Source: Camelus dromedarius (Eukaryota). Taken from it: DNA of 64,000 bases. How positions within the stretch are numbered: position 1 is the first letter of the stretch; every line of letters starts with the position of its first letter. A program made the position numbers and the translations under genes. This document shows, piece by piece, positions 9,011 to 20,170 of the stretch. A model generated the notes under the pieces. The model was not told the DNA's origin and ran no database searches. It worked only from the letters and a program-made list of their open reading frames with translations. The DNA lies in contig NC_087443.1 in NCBI RefSeq assembly GCF_036321535.1, positions 83,514,001-83,578,000 of the forward strand. Reading direction: 5' to 3'.

Positions 9011-10821
9011 ACTTGCAAAGAGGTGGAGGCCACATGTGTCTTCAAGATCAGTGATTGTGAGCCCCGGCCTGTTGTCTGGGAGAAGGGGGGCCATGGGTTT
9101 GCCCCCCAGTTCGAGAGCCCCCAGGAGCACAAGGCTGAGCCCTGCTGCCCACGCCCAGAGCCCATGCTCTTGGGAGGGGGCTGGGGTGTGGCAAAGGCCA
9201 GTGGTCAGGGTGGAATTACCCTGGGCTCCATCAGACAGGTCCTGAGAATGGAAAGGTCTTGGGAGGAGGGAGCCCAGTCTGACTCCTCAGATGGACAGGT
9301 GGACAGGTGCTCAGGTGCACAGGTGAATGAGAGTGGACTTGGGTCCAGACTTTCTGTCCTCATTTTCTGGGCAGTTGCTGGCACTGGCTGAGGTGCCCAG
9401 CTCTGGCCTGGCCTGGCTCAGCAGGTCTGAAGTCACAGCTGCAGGTATGGGGTCACTGGAATTACTCCACACATAGTGTTTGTGCCGGGGTGCATGCAAT
9501 TCAGATGGGGTTTCTGGGTAGCATTCGGCCCCTGCATCGAGAGGGAAGCATTTGGTGCCTGAGCCCTCCCCATGGCCCAGACAGAGTCGGCTCTGTGGCC
9601 AAGACAGAAAGCCACACCTCACTGCTCCGGAGACTGTGGGTCTGTCCAGATGACCCCATGTGCCCTGGAGCTCCTGTTGCCCAGCAAGTCCCAAGCCCCC
9701 AGAACTCAAACATGCCTCCCAGCACCCACAACGCAGAAGCTCTGCCAGCCCCGTGCTACCCATGAGGAGCCTGAGACCCTGCCCCGACACAGGCAGAGCA
9801 GGTCCCAGCCTTGCCGCCATGCGCCTCACCACCATGCACCTTGCCTGCTAAGTCGGGGGCCCCTGCTCCCACCCAGACCCGAGGAGCAGTATCTGCGAGT
9901 CCCCAGAGTTGCACCCAGGTCTCAGGCTGCCCTGAACTCAGCATGCGTGAGGCTCATGGCTTCTCTAGGTCACTCCTCTGTCTGGTTAGGGGGCCACCCC
10001 TGAGTGATTTGGGTACAGGTATTCGGGGACCAGATCCCAGTGAGCTCGGACCCAAGGTCGTTGGTGGCCACGGCCCTGGGGAGCCCATGGTGGTGTTTGT
10101 GGCCAAGTCTCCTTCCAGCCCTCCCCCGAGGACACTTCCTCCACCCAGGGCACAGCTGGAGAGGCAGAGTGAGCTGGGGACCTGGACGTGTGCTTCAGTG
10201 CATGCAAGCCTCAGGAGCAGGAGACATTGGCAGAGGCGACAGACCACGGGTCTGTCACCAACGATAGGTGTGGCTCCTTCTAGCCTTTCTTGGAATCAGG
10301 AGTGGAGGAGAGGGGAGGGGAGGCCCCCTGGCTGGCTAGTCCCCCGCAAGCCCCTTCCCCTAGCTCTCCCAGGTGCACTCCCACCCCTCACCCCACCTAC
10401 AGAGGCAAACAGACCCATTGAGCTTGCGTCACCTCTCTCTGTCCCGGTGTCATTAGGCAGCACTGCTTATGCAGAGTGATTGCTGGTGGGTGGGAAGTCA
10501 GTCCTCCCGCCTGGGAGCCACAGCCTTGGCTCCCCGAGGCAGCAGCCCTGGCGGGAACTTGGACGCTGCACCTGCAGAGCGGTGGCCAGAGACACTGGCT
10601 CTGGGGGCCGTGGGCTCTTAGTGAGGCGGTACCCACTGACCCTCACCCCAAACACCTGAGCTGGCTGCGACCCACTGCACCCCGTGGGACATCCTTCCTG
10701 AGTAGATGGCCAGCAAGGGTGCTCTATGCTCTTCTCCCAAGTCTGAGCATTTGGTTGAGCCCAAGATGCTTCTTGTGGCCCCGGCGCTCCCTGACAAGAG
10801 CTTGGACTGAGTGAAAAAGAC

Positions 10822-11575
10822 TGCGACACGATTTATAATCAGAAATATGCATCTGGTCTTCGTCCTTGATCCTGGCACAAAGCTCCCAAAACCCTGATGA
10901 GCATGATAAAAGTGTCCTTTGCTGTAGGAATGAAGGGACCCTGGGACGGTCCCTAAGAATGGGGGCCAACTGCCAGGGAACCTCCCAGGACCAGAGGGTT
11001 GGAACTGCAGCCCCACCCCCAGACCTCGGGAAGGGGAGAGGACCACTCACCAACGGCCAAAGATTTCACCAACGGCCAAAGATTTCACCAACCACGCCTC
11101 TGTAATGAAACCTCTATAAAAATCCAAAGGTCTGAGCCTGGAGCGCTTCTGGGCTGGTGAACCGAGGAGATTCGGGGAGAGTGGCACCTGGAGAGGTGGG
11201 GGACCCGTCCCCACATCTCTTCCACCTGGCTGTCCCGGAGTCACATCCAAAGATAGCAGTGATCTCGTGAGTGAATGTTCCTCTGAGTTCTGTGAGCAGC
11301 TGTAGGAAATCAGTCCAGCCCAGGGAGGGGTCGTGGGAGCCCCCGATCTACAGCCAGTTGGTCAGAAGCCCAGGTGACAACTTGGACTTGGGACTGGCAT
11401 CTGGAGGAGGGGCGGTGCTGGGGGCAGTCCTGCGAGACTGAGCCGTGAACCTGAGGGATCTGACGCATCCTCAGGCAGGTGGTGTCAGAACCTGGCTGAG
11501 CTGCAGGACACCCAGCAGGGCTGCCTGGTGATGGGGTGGGAGCCCCCATGACATTGATCCTGGTAACCAAAATCA
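10822..11575 (+). mobile_element. MER21-like LTR
   Basis: TGGTCTTCGTCC...CTGGCACAAAGCTCCCAAAACCC, AGAGGGTTGGAAC and GATCTACAGCCAGTTGGTCAGAAG resemble MER21. Similar to 49500-50320. Contains a 19-bp tandem duplication at 11051-11088. Confidence 0.8.
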
Positions 11576-11589
11576 TTAAAGGCCCTGGT

Positions 11590-12230
11590 GCCAAAATGGG
11601 CAAGAGATTGAACATTCATGTCAGCAAAGAAAGTAGCTAGAAGGCACGTCCACCCATGAGGAAATGCTCAACGGCCTTGATCAGCAGGGAAACAAATGAA
11701 AACTGGAGGCGACACCACCACAGTCCTGTCAGAGCAGCTCTCAGGAGCCCAGCACACGGGACGAGGAGCTAGGACGGCAGGCCTGGGGCTGGCGCGTAAA
11801 CTAGCTCAGCTGCTTTGGAAACGGTTTGGGAGCTTCTCAGGAAGTTACACACACATCTGCCCTCCAACCCAGCCTGGACCCTGAGGTGTGAGCCCAGAGA
11901 AACAGACTTGTGCACGCACGTTCACAGGAAGTTTACTTGCAGTCAAAAAGAACTGGAAACAACCCCGCACCACGCACCAGTGCGCGGCTGCAACACGGTG
12001 GAGTCCTGCCCAGCCGCAGAAGCGTCCTCGACGCACACAACACGCACGCATCCCACCGAGGCACCCCGAGGGAGAAGCCAGACAAAAGGGTGCGCTGCAG
12101 TCCATTCGGGAAGTTCTGCAAAGTGCAGGCTGATGTGCCATGAGGAGGCAGACCAGTGGGCGCGGGGCAGGAGGCGGCCTGCTGATGGAGGTGCTGGTTC
12201 TCCCCACCCCGTGAGACTCAGTTCAAGAAC
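11590..12230 (+). mobile_element. Ancient L1M (L1MC/ME-like) 3' fragment, GC-shifted
   Basis: Recognisable L1 3' motifs (GCAAGAGATTGAAC, CTGCTTTGGAAACGGTTTGG, AAAAAGAACTGGAAACAACCC). Confidence 0.7.
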
Positions 12231-13067
12231 CTGCAGCCTCTCAGGCCTCCTTTAGGAAGGCCCTTTGCCTGAGCCCCGGGCATCCTCCTGTCCTTTACCC
12301 ACCCCCCCACCCCCGTCCACAGAACTGCTCAGGCTTGTGCGTATTCAGTAGGCGCTCAACCACTAGAGCGAGGGAACACAGGCCTGGGCGCCCCAGGTAG
12401 CTCAAGCCTGTGCTTCAGCTCCAGGGTTCCCAGACCAGCCCCGTCACCTGCCCTCCTCCTCTGGGGATGCAGGAACAGCCCATGTCCCCTCTTCAAGGGC
12501 CACCTTAGTGTCTGCAGCCCTGGGGGCTGATGCAGAAGTCCCTGCCCCCTCAGGGTGGCCTAGGCAGCTGAAGTACCCATCTCCAGGCCCCCTGCAGTGT
12601 GCTGCATCACCACTGCCCCCATCCAGGCCTCCAGTCCCCCAGTCCCCTTCCCAGGTCCTCTGTGGGGTCTCCCCACATGAGGGTATCTACATGTGTGAGC
12701 TCTGGTCCCAAACCCAGGGACTTGCCAAGTCAGGTGGCCCAAACCTATAGGGAGGAGGGAGGCAATACTTCCCACCTGAGGGCTCATCGTGGGCAGGGAA
12801 GGGTCTGCTCTCTGGGGACCCAATAGCCTCCACTGTGCTCGGCACCAGACAGGCTGTTGTGAGTAAGGACAGAGTTGTTTAAATCTCTGGATTGAACGTT
12901 GGCCAGTCACTACAATTTCCATCAGTTTCACAAATTGGGATCATTTGAGCACCGGACCCAGAGCCCCTGACCGGACAGGGCAAGGCCGTTCATCTTGCTG
13001 CTGGACGTGCCTGCCAGTGGCACTGTTGGGCTCAGGGGTCCAGATTCCTCTCTGGGCAGGGGCGTCT

Positions 13068-13143
13068 TCAACAGGCCTGGAACAGGGCGTCGGGGGCTAG
13101 CACCCCCTTCTTGAGGATGAGGTTTCCGTAAAGGGCCGTCTCC
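13068..13143 (-). CDS. FUOM: Fucose mutarotase exon 6 (ETALYGNLILKKGVLAPDALFQAC*)
   Basis: FucU/RbsD C-terminal motif TGETALYGNLIL; TGA at 13068-13070. Confidence 0.93.
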
Positions 13144-13430
13144 CTGCGTAAGGAGCTGAGCTGAGCGCTAGCTGGGACAGAGAGAGCTGGGTGCCCATAC
13201 CCCTGCTCTACCAGCCACCCCACCCACTCTTATCACCCACTGGGCAGGGCCAGGCACACCCCTTGGGATGTCCCAATCCCTGTGGGACATCTTGTCTCAG
13301 CCAGGGCAGGGGCTGAGACGAGGGTGGGGGGGAGCTCTTGAGTGGGAAGGGGTCGGGCCCCATGCTTGACCCAGATCCAGCTGGACCCAGTAGAACCCAG
13401 TGGACTCAGTAGGATCCAACCAGAACTCAC

Positions 13431-13504
13431 CCAGTTGCCACAATAGCAAAAGCCTTTTTGGCTCGCTCATAGAACTCAAACCTCTCTATCTTCGCCAGGG
13501 GGCT
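13431..13504 (-). CDS. FUOM: FUOM exon 5 (SPLAKIERFEFYERAKKAFAIVATG)
   Basis: Conserved ERFEFYERAK motif; AG/GT boundaries. Confidence 0.95.
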
Positions 13505-14085
13505 CTGGAAGGCAAAGGGTGGCATGGTTGAGGGACCCAGGCCCCATTGGACAAGGGGGCTTCTGACCTGCAAGGACTAGGTGGGCAGGAACACAGTGGG
13601 CTGTGGTGGGTGAGGCGTTTGCCATGTTTGGTGGCTGCCTGCCTGGGGCCCTTAATCATCTGAGGAGCTCTGGGTTGTGGGGGAGGGCTGCTGTCCAGGA
13701 CGGGAGCCCCAGGTCCTCTCTCAGGAATATCCTGCTCAAGACCTGCCAGTGGGTGGTCCCTGGATGACAAGCCCAGCCCCGTGCAGGGCTGGGGGTGACC
13801 TGCAGCACTGGGCGAGGCCTCTGACCACATATGGGGACCAGGGGTTACTCCACTTCCCCCTGTCCCCACTGGGACAGGCTGGGGTGGGTGAGGGCCCCCA
13901 GGCAGAGACAGGTAGGTCAGGATCCTGGAAGGGAGGAAGGAGGCTGGGGGCAGGGGCGGCCGTCCCCAGGGCAGGAGCTTGCACAACCATGGTGTGGGGG
14001 TTGGGGCACCTGTCTTTCACTTCTCCTGGGCTCCAAGGAGTCACAGAGTCCCCGACCCCTTTCCCAATGGGGGCCTCAGACTCAC

Positions 14086-14184
14086 CGCACAGCCGGCCCC
14101 TAAGAGGATGGACTGATAGCTCCTCCACACGGGGGTCTGCAGGCCCCTCTCCCTGTCGCTGGGCACCAGCTCCATGACCACAGC
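14086..14184 (-). CDS. FUOM: FUOM exon 4 (AVVMELVPSDRERGLQTPVWRSYQSILLGAGCA)
   Basis: Homology and AG/GT boundaries; 99 nt. Confidence 0.95.
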
Positions 14185-14385
14185 CTGAAGATGGAGGGGG
14201 TCAGCTTTGCAGCCCACCCACCCCTGCTCTGGGTGCCTCCAGGACCCCCTTGTTGGGTGACAGTTCAGGGCTCTGCTGATCAGGGCCTTCAGGGACACAT
14301 GTCCTCCCCACCATCCAAGGCAAGTGGGCCCCCTGAGCTCTGGCAAAGGGTAAACTGAGACCCAGGGCCGCAATGCAGGCCTCAC

Positions 14386-14456
14386 CGGTTTCTCCACGTA
14401 GGTGTCCAGTGGTAGCAGTTTCAGCATGGCTTCCAGGAGCTGAGGGATGCCCAGGC
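14386..14456 (-). CDS. FUOM: FUOM exon 3 (GLGIPQLLEAMLKLLPLDTYVEKP)
   Basis: Homology and AG/GT boundaries; 71 nt. Confidence 0.95.
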
Positions 14457-15925
14457 CTGAAGGCAGAGTGTTGGCCTCAGACTCCGGCCCTCTCCCTCGG
14501 GCCACCAACAGTGCCACCTGCCCACCTGCCTGTCTACTCCTTCCACACTGGATCTCACTAACTCGGACAGCAAGGATAAACTTGCGCCCAGGACAGATGA
14601 GGAGCTCAGGCATCTGCGGCCTGCCCGGTGACACTTATCGAGGTCATGCTGGTGTCATTGTCCCGGCCCTGCCCACCCCACTCCACTCTGTGCCACACAG
14701 GTTGTTGTTGGTGATCCCAAACACCCATCTGCCAGGAGAGGCACCTGGGCCTCCTCCTTGACCCTAGAAGGCCTTGGAGATGACCTCCCTGTGATGAGGA
14801 CAGTGGGGCCTGGAAAGAGGCCCCTTTGCCCAAGGCTGCCTCCAAACCTGTCCCACTTGGCTCCAAGGTCCCCCGCTCTCCCAAAAGTTGGTTTCTGATT
14901 GCTAAACTAATGCATGCTTCTTGTATAAAATTGGGAAACACAGATCTGATCAAAAGAAAGAATTGGCTGTAATCTTAACCCCATAAAGGAAATCTTGCTG
15001 CCATCTGCTGCTTTTCCCCTGCGTATCTACAAGGTGAGACTTTCCTGTCTATTCGATGTGAATCCTAACCACTTGTTTTGCGGGGTGTGTGTCACCTCCG
15101 GGGGCTGCACCATGATTTACTGAGACACCCCTTCTCTTTCAGCATCCTGGCCTTTCCACTGGCCCACCTTGTCCCACCCTCATAGGCAGGACAGCACTCG
15201 GGTCTCCTGGCCCAGGGTGTAAACTCAGGCACAGCTGGCTCAGCTCCCTGAGCAGGGGTGGAAGCCAAGGCCCGTGGGTCAGGACCGCTCTGTCTGGGGG
15301 GTTGGGTTTACCCCACACTTTACATCTCTGTGCCTTTAGTGGCCTGAACCTTGCAGGGAGAGTTGTGTTCCTGACTCACAGCTTTGCTGGGGGTTGAGGG
15401 GAGCATCCAAGTCTTGCCTGAGCCCAGTCCCAGCCCATACCCTCTACCACCCACAGTACCACTAACTGCTCCTACCATCACCTCCCAGACCTGGCTCCAG
15501 GCCCCTCCCAGCCTCACCTCCCACTAGCTCCTGGGAGGTCAGAGGGTCTTAGAGATGGAGTGTGTGGACACCTGGAGCCTTCAGGACCAGGTCACCAGTG
15601 TGGGGGTTTCCATAGCAAAGGCTGAACATCTGACCAGGGGTGAGGTGGCAGGGGGACCACTGCTCAGCCAGCCAACAAGGTGCAGGCCTCAGTTTCCTCA
15701 TTTGTAAGAAGTTACTAAGTGGTGTGCAAAATGGAGCAGGAGGCCCCAAGGCTCACTTTTGGGGACTGGAGGCTGCAGGGACGGTCTTGAGGGTCCTGGC
15801 ACTGGGATTTCCTGGGTCACTAATGGGTGCTTGAGTAATTGGTGGGGGTGGGAGCAGAGCTGCAGTTCCTGGGGAGCCCAGAGCCCACCCTCCCCAACCC
15901 ATCTCAGAAGAAGGGAGCAGCTCAC

Positions 15926-15994
15926 CATCGGCACGGATCTCCTCTGGGCCACACCTGCAGATGGAGGAGGTGGGGAAGTTCACGTCTGCAAGAA
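15926..15994 (-). CDS. FUOM: FUOM exon 2 (VLADVNFPTSSICRCGPEEIRAD)
   Basis: Homology and AG/GT boundaries; 69 nt. Confidence 0.95.
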
Positions 15995-16153
15995 CTGAAC
16001 AGCCAGAGGGATTAGACATCCCAGATGGGTCCGTGCAGCCCACCCTCCCACCGCGTGGGCAGGGGCACACCAACAGTCAGCGGCCAGACCCGTTAGGCCA
16101 CGCCGGTTGCGCCTCCCATCCCGTTAGAGTGGAGGCGGAAGGAGAGGCAGCAC

Positions 16154-16196
16154 CAGGTGCAGGAGGAACTGCAGGTGTAGGAGGAACTGCAGGTGT
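16154..16196. repeat. 18-bp tandem repeat (CAGGTG(C/T)AGGAGGAACTG x2.4) in FUOM intron 1
   Basis: Seen directly. Confidence 0.85.
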
Positions 16197-16549
16197 TACC
16201 AGAATGCTGCCTGGAGTCTCGCTCAGCGTCCGGCCAGCAGCCCCCGCCCAAGGCCCACAATCCCAGGAAAAGAGAAACCACTGCAAACGTCAGGGTACAG
16301 CCCAGGCGCAGGCGGTTGTGGCCCCTCGGGGCCGCGTCGGGAAGGGGTTGGAGTATGAGCCGCACAGAGGGCCTGGGGTCAGAGCGTGGACTTGGCCGCT
16401 GGGGCCCCGGACCCTCGGGCTGGGGGAGGAACTGGACTAGCCCAGACACAATCCCTCCCAGGCCGAGGGCCATCGTCCTCGTGATCGCCCAGCCCTCAGT
16501 TTCCTAAAGAAAGAGGGGACGGCCAAACCAGTGGCCTCACCCAGGACCC

Positions 16550-17250
16550 GGCTCTTCCTGGACGCCAGGAGTCCGTCGCCTCCTGGCCGGGACATCACGT
16601 GGGCCAGGACCCGTGCGGGGCCGGGGGAGGCGAGGGAACCGGGAGCCTCGCCCGACTTTTGCCCGATGCAGCGGTCTCCCCGAGGCCCTGCCTCTGCCGC
16701 GCTCACCGATCTCGTCTCCGTGCCCCATCCGCGCCAGGGCGTAGAGCAGCTCGGGGGACAGCAGCGCGGGGACGCCCTTCAGCACCACCATGGTCCCGGG
16801 GCCTGCGGGGGCCGGGCCGCGGGCGGGGCGGGGCGGGGCCTGGAGGGAGAGGGGCGGGGCTGGACGGACGGGCGGGGCCTGGAGGGAGGGAGGGCCGCAG
16901 GAGAGGGGCGGGGCCCGGGTGAGAAGGCGGGGCCGGAGGGAGGGGGGCCAGAATGGAGGGCGGGCTTGTAGAGGGGCGGGGGCTGGATGGAGGGAGGGAG
17001 GGCCGCGGAAGCCCCGCGAGCCGCGCGGGGAGGGTCCACCGCAGCGCCCCGAGAACGTGGGGTCACGCGGGCCTAGCCAGGGCGGGGTCGACACCCGCCC
17101 GGCTTCGCAGGTGGCATTCCTCGCATCCCTCGCCAAGTCCGAGAGCCGGACGCCAGCGTGTGTTTGTGGTCCGAGGCCCCCCAGCTTCCTCCCTGAGTGA
17201 GAGTGTTCTCCCCCGCGCCCCCATTCCGCCCCCAGGCCTCGCCCCCAACC
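16550..17250 (-). promoter_or_regulatory. FUOM: FUOM CpG-island promoter with multiple GC boxes
   Basis: CpG-dense; repeated GGGGCGGGG motifs at 16815-16985. Confidence 0.8.
16707..16791 (-). CDS. FUOM: FUOM exon 1 (MVVLKGVPALLSPELLYALARMGHGDEI)
   Basis: FucU signature MGHGDEI. Gene model: 85+69+71+99+74+76 nt = 157 aa plus stop. Confidence 0.96.
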
Positions 17251-17910
17251 CTCTCCCTCAGGGTCCCTGGTGCCGCGAGGTGGGGAGGAGTGGCTGGCCC
17301 CACAGGGCGGACTTACTCCTTCCACCAACACTGTTCCCTCCAGAAGGACCCCTGAGGGCCGGCGGCTGTGCTGAGAGCGCCCCAACCGTGTCTTCCAGGC
17401 GGCAGCCTGCTGAGACCCCTCAGATACCTGGCCAGTGCGCAGCACCCCCGCCCAGGACAGCAGTGCTCTGACGTCGCCTCCCGCCTTCACCTTGGGCCCC
17501 TGGAGGTTTGGAATCTGGGATGCCCGGCTCTGGGTTAATCCCCCTTCAGAGCTGGGACCGCCTACCACACTGTGCTTCTCTGTCCAGGCTGCTGCCATCT
17601 CCCACGCGCTCCTCACTGGGAGAAGTCGCCCACCACCCCAAGGGGGAGGCCACAGCCTCTCAGCCTCCGGAGCTGAATCGTGATAGTGATTCTTGGGTCT
17701 GATCATGGTTGGGGTGGATAGCAGATTGTTTTCCGTAACACTACTGGCGGCACTACTGACTTTCCCTTTCTGGCAAGCACCAGTGAGTGGACCGTCCGGG
17801 GTGGACCTTTGTAGCTGCCTCCGAAAGACTATGCGGGACACGGTGCTGCCTGGCTTCTGAGGTTCTGAGGGTGGCTCCTCCTGATTCTTGTTTCAGAACA
17901 CTTGCCCTGG

Positions 17911-18343
17911 TGTTAAAATCAAACACAACCAGAAAAAATTCCCTGAGCAGACAAAACCAGCCATATAAGCAAAGCTTAATTTAGCTTATTTTGCAGCACA
18001 AGAAGGTCAACTTGACCTGACACAGTTCTTGCTTATGCCTCTGAAAATCGTAAGCAAAACTTACATAGTTCCCTAAAACTGATGTGAAGTGACCACTAAC
18101 CAATTCCCTTTCATTTAAGAAAATTCCGATATTATAACCAATCATAATAAAGGACACATAGTCACTGTGCTCACACTGTGTAAGCTGCTTCATAACATCC
18201 TCTGAGCCTCATTCCCTGTTTTGGTTTGAGTGGTGTGGGTTGGCAAACTGTCTTTCTGGTGTGTGCACATAAACTTATACTAATTTCTAATGTGTTGGTC
18301 TTACTTCTGTTTTTTTTTTTTTTTTTTTTTTGAACTTTTGACA
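17911..18343 (+). mobile_element. Probable solo ERV LTR
   Basis: AT-rich block with TG...CA ends, a CCAAT motif, and near-TSD flanks CCTGG/CCAGG. Confidence 0.55.
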
Positions 18344-18389
18344 CCAGGCACCCAGACACAGCACTGACGGGAAACTCAGGGGATGTGGA

Positions 18390-18625
18390 GACCCCCCGTG
18401 GGCATTCAGCCTAGGGCCCCAGCTGCCACAGCATCAGCCACCAGACCAGTGAGCAATGAGTCAGGGGTTCCAGCTGAGGCACCAGACATCATGGAGCAGA
18501 GACAAACTGACCCACAGTGGCCTGTCTGGATTCCTGATCCATACAGACTGTGAGAAAGGATAATGATGATCACAGCCACTAAGTTCAGGGATGATTTTTT
18601 ACACAGCAATAGCTGACTAATGCAG
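18390..18625 (-). mobile_element. MaLR (MLT1-like) LTR fragment
   Basis: RC CCTGAACTTAGTGGCT...TCTCACAGTCTGTATGGATCAGGAATCCAGAC is typical of MLT1. Confidence 0.65.
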
Positions 18626-19849
18626 GTAGCTCCTGTGCCCTGCCAAGATGCCACCAAAAGCCCTGATGACACTGCCCTTGGCCTTCAACCCTGTGTCTGC
18701 TCTCTGCCTGTCCCACTGTCTACACTCAGGCTGGAAGGAAGACCTCAGTGCAGCTGCCCATTCCTGCACTGGCCTGGTCATACCCCTACTTAAGAACCCA
18801 GCACCAAACCTCACTGCCCAGACCGCAGACAGGCTTTTGCTCAGTCCAGCTGGCTCTTAGCCCTCCATGCCCTGGCCCCTCAGGCCTCACCTTACAGGGC
18901 TGCCCTGCTCGTCTGCCCAGCCAACTGAATACTCACTGCTGCCTACCTGGCAGGAAACAGCCCAACCCAGAGCCCTGCCAGGCCAGCACATGCCTGGCTC
19001 TCTCCCCTGGGAGCCTTCCTCTTCCACCTTGTTTCCAGATGGACAGTCAGCCCTTCAGGGACATGGCTGGAGGCCTGGCAGCTCCTCGGTTTCTGTACGT
19101 GAAAGAGACCACAGCAGAAAACCAGCCAACAGACACCCCACATCCATGGCTTGGCCCTGGGAAGCTTAGCTGCTGGAGGAGGCTGCCCAGGGAGATGGTC
19201 AGCAGGGCCTGCACTTGGGCCGCCCAGAGCGGCCAGCTCTGCCCAGAATGAGGGTCGTGTGTGAGCAGTTCTACTCCAAAATCCGAGGGGACAGACTTAT
19301 AGTTAACATTCCCTGAAGCTTATCTTTTTGGTAGGAATATAGGAGGGAAAAGCCAATTTTATATAGACAGATGAGAAGGAAAGTTTTCAGCTTCAAAAAC
19401 GAATCAAAACCCCAAAACAACATGGGGCCAGAGGTCAGTTAACTCAAGAGGGAGCGGAAGCCTGTGCAGTCTGGCTGGGGTGTAGCCCCCATGCTGCCAC
19501 TCACTGCAAAGTGCACTGTCACACGTGTGCAGTCCTGGCCTCCCCAAGCCCTGGGCCCAGCCTGCAGCCTGAAGAGGAGCTCTTCCCCAGGCTGGGCCAG
19601 GGGTGGGACTCCTGCCCCTGCCTTGCTCTGGAATCCACGTGACCCTGTGGGGGTCCTAGCCCAGACTGAGACCTGCTGTCTTGGCCAGGAGCGTTCTTTT
19701 CCGATAGATAACAAAACCAGTGCTGAGACTAGAACAGCACAGGCTTTATTCAATGGCCAGTGAAGGGAGGAGCAGGGATCTAGTCTGCCAATCAACTTCT
19801 CCACCCAATGCGGGTGGAAAGACCAAATCTAAAGGAGAGTGGAGGTGAA

Positions 19850-20170
19850 AGGGAGGGAATCTGGAAGAGAGGGAGGTACACTCTTGACTTATCCAGGAAT
19901 AGGGGTGTGGCTTGGACCCGGAACTGATGCAACTCTCCTTTCCAGTCCTTGTATGGGCTTTTCAGGTTGTTGTCATGGCAACTGTCAAATGTCCTGGCGC
20001 TGGTGGGTGTGCCGTTCAGCAGTTAATGAATTACAATGAGCGTATAATGAGGCTCAAGGTCGACTGGAAGGCAGATCCTCTGCCATCTTGGGCCTAGTTC
20101 GTTCTAACAGGTTGTTTTTTTCACTTCGCAGCTGCCTCCCGAGACTTAGATCAGAGCAGTTGATTTCCAT
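19850..20170 (-). mobile_element. LTR fragment related to family A
   Basis: CCTGGCGC...TTACAATGAGCGTATAATGAGGCTCAAGGTCGACTGGAAG resembles the RC of 2850-2940 and the segment 48860-48940. Confidence 0.6.

Noticed and set aside
8260-9165. 301-aa minus-strand ORF
   Set aside because: Antisense shadow of the GC-rich PRAP1 exons 4-5; no recognisable domain.
16537-17841. 434-aa ORF containing FUOM exon 1
   Set aside because: A CpG-island open frame. The true start is the ATG at 16791 with homology to FUOM; the upstream part is low-complexity Pro/Arg and overlaps the promoter.
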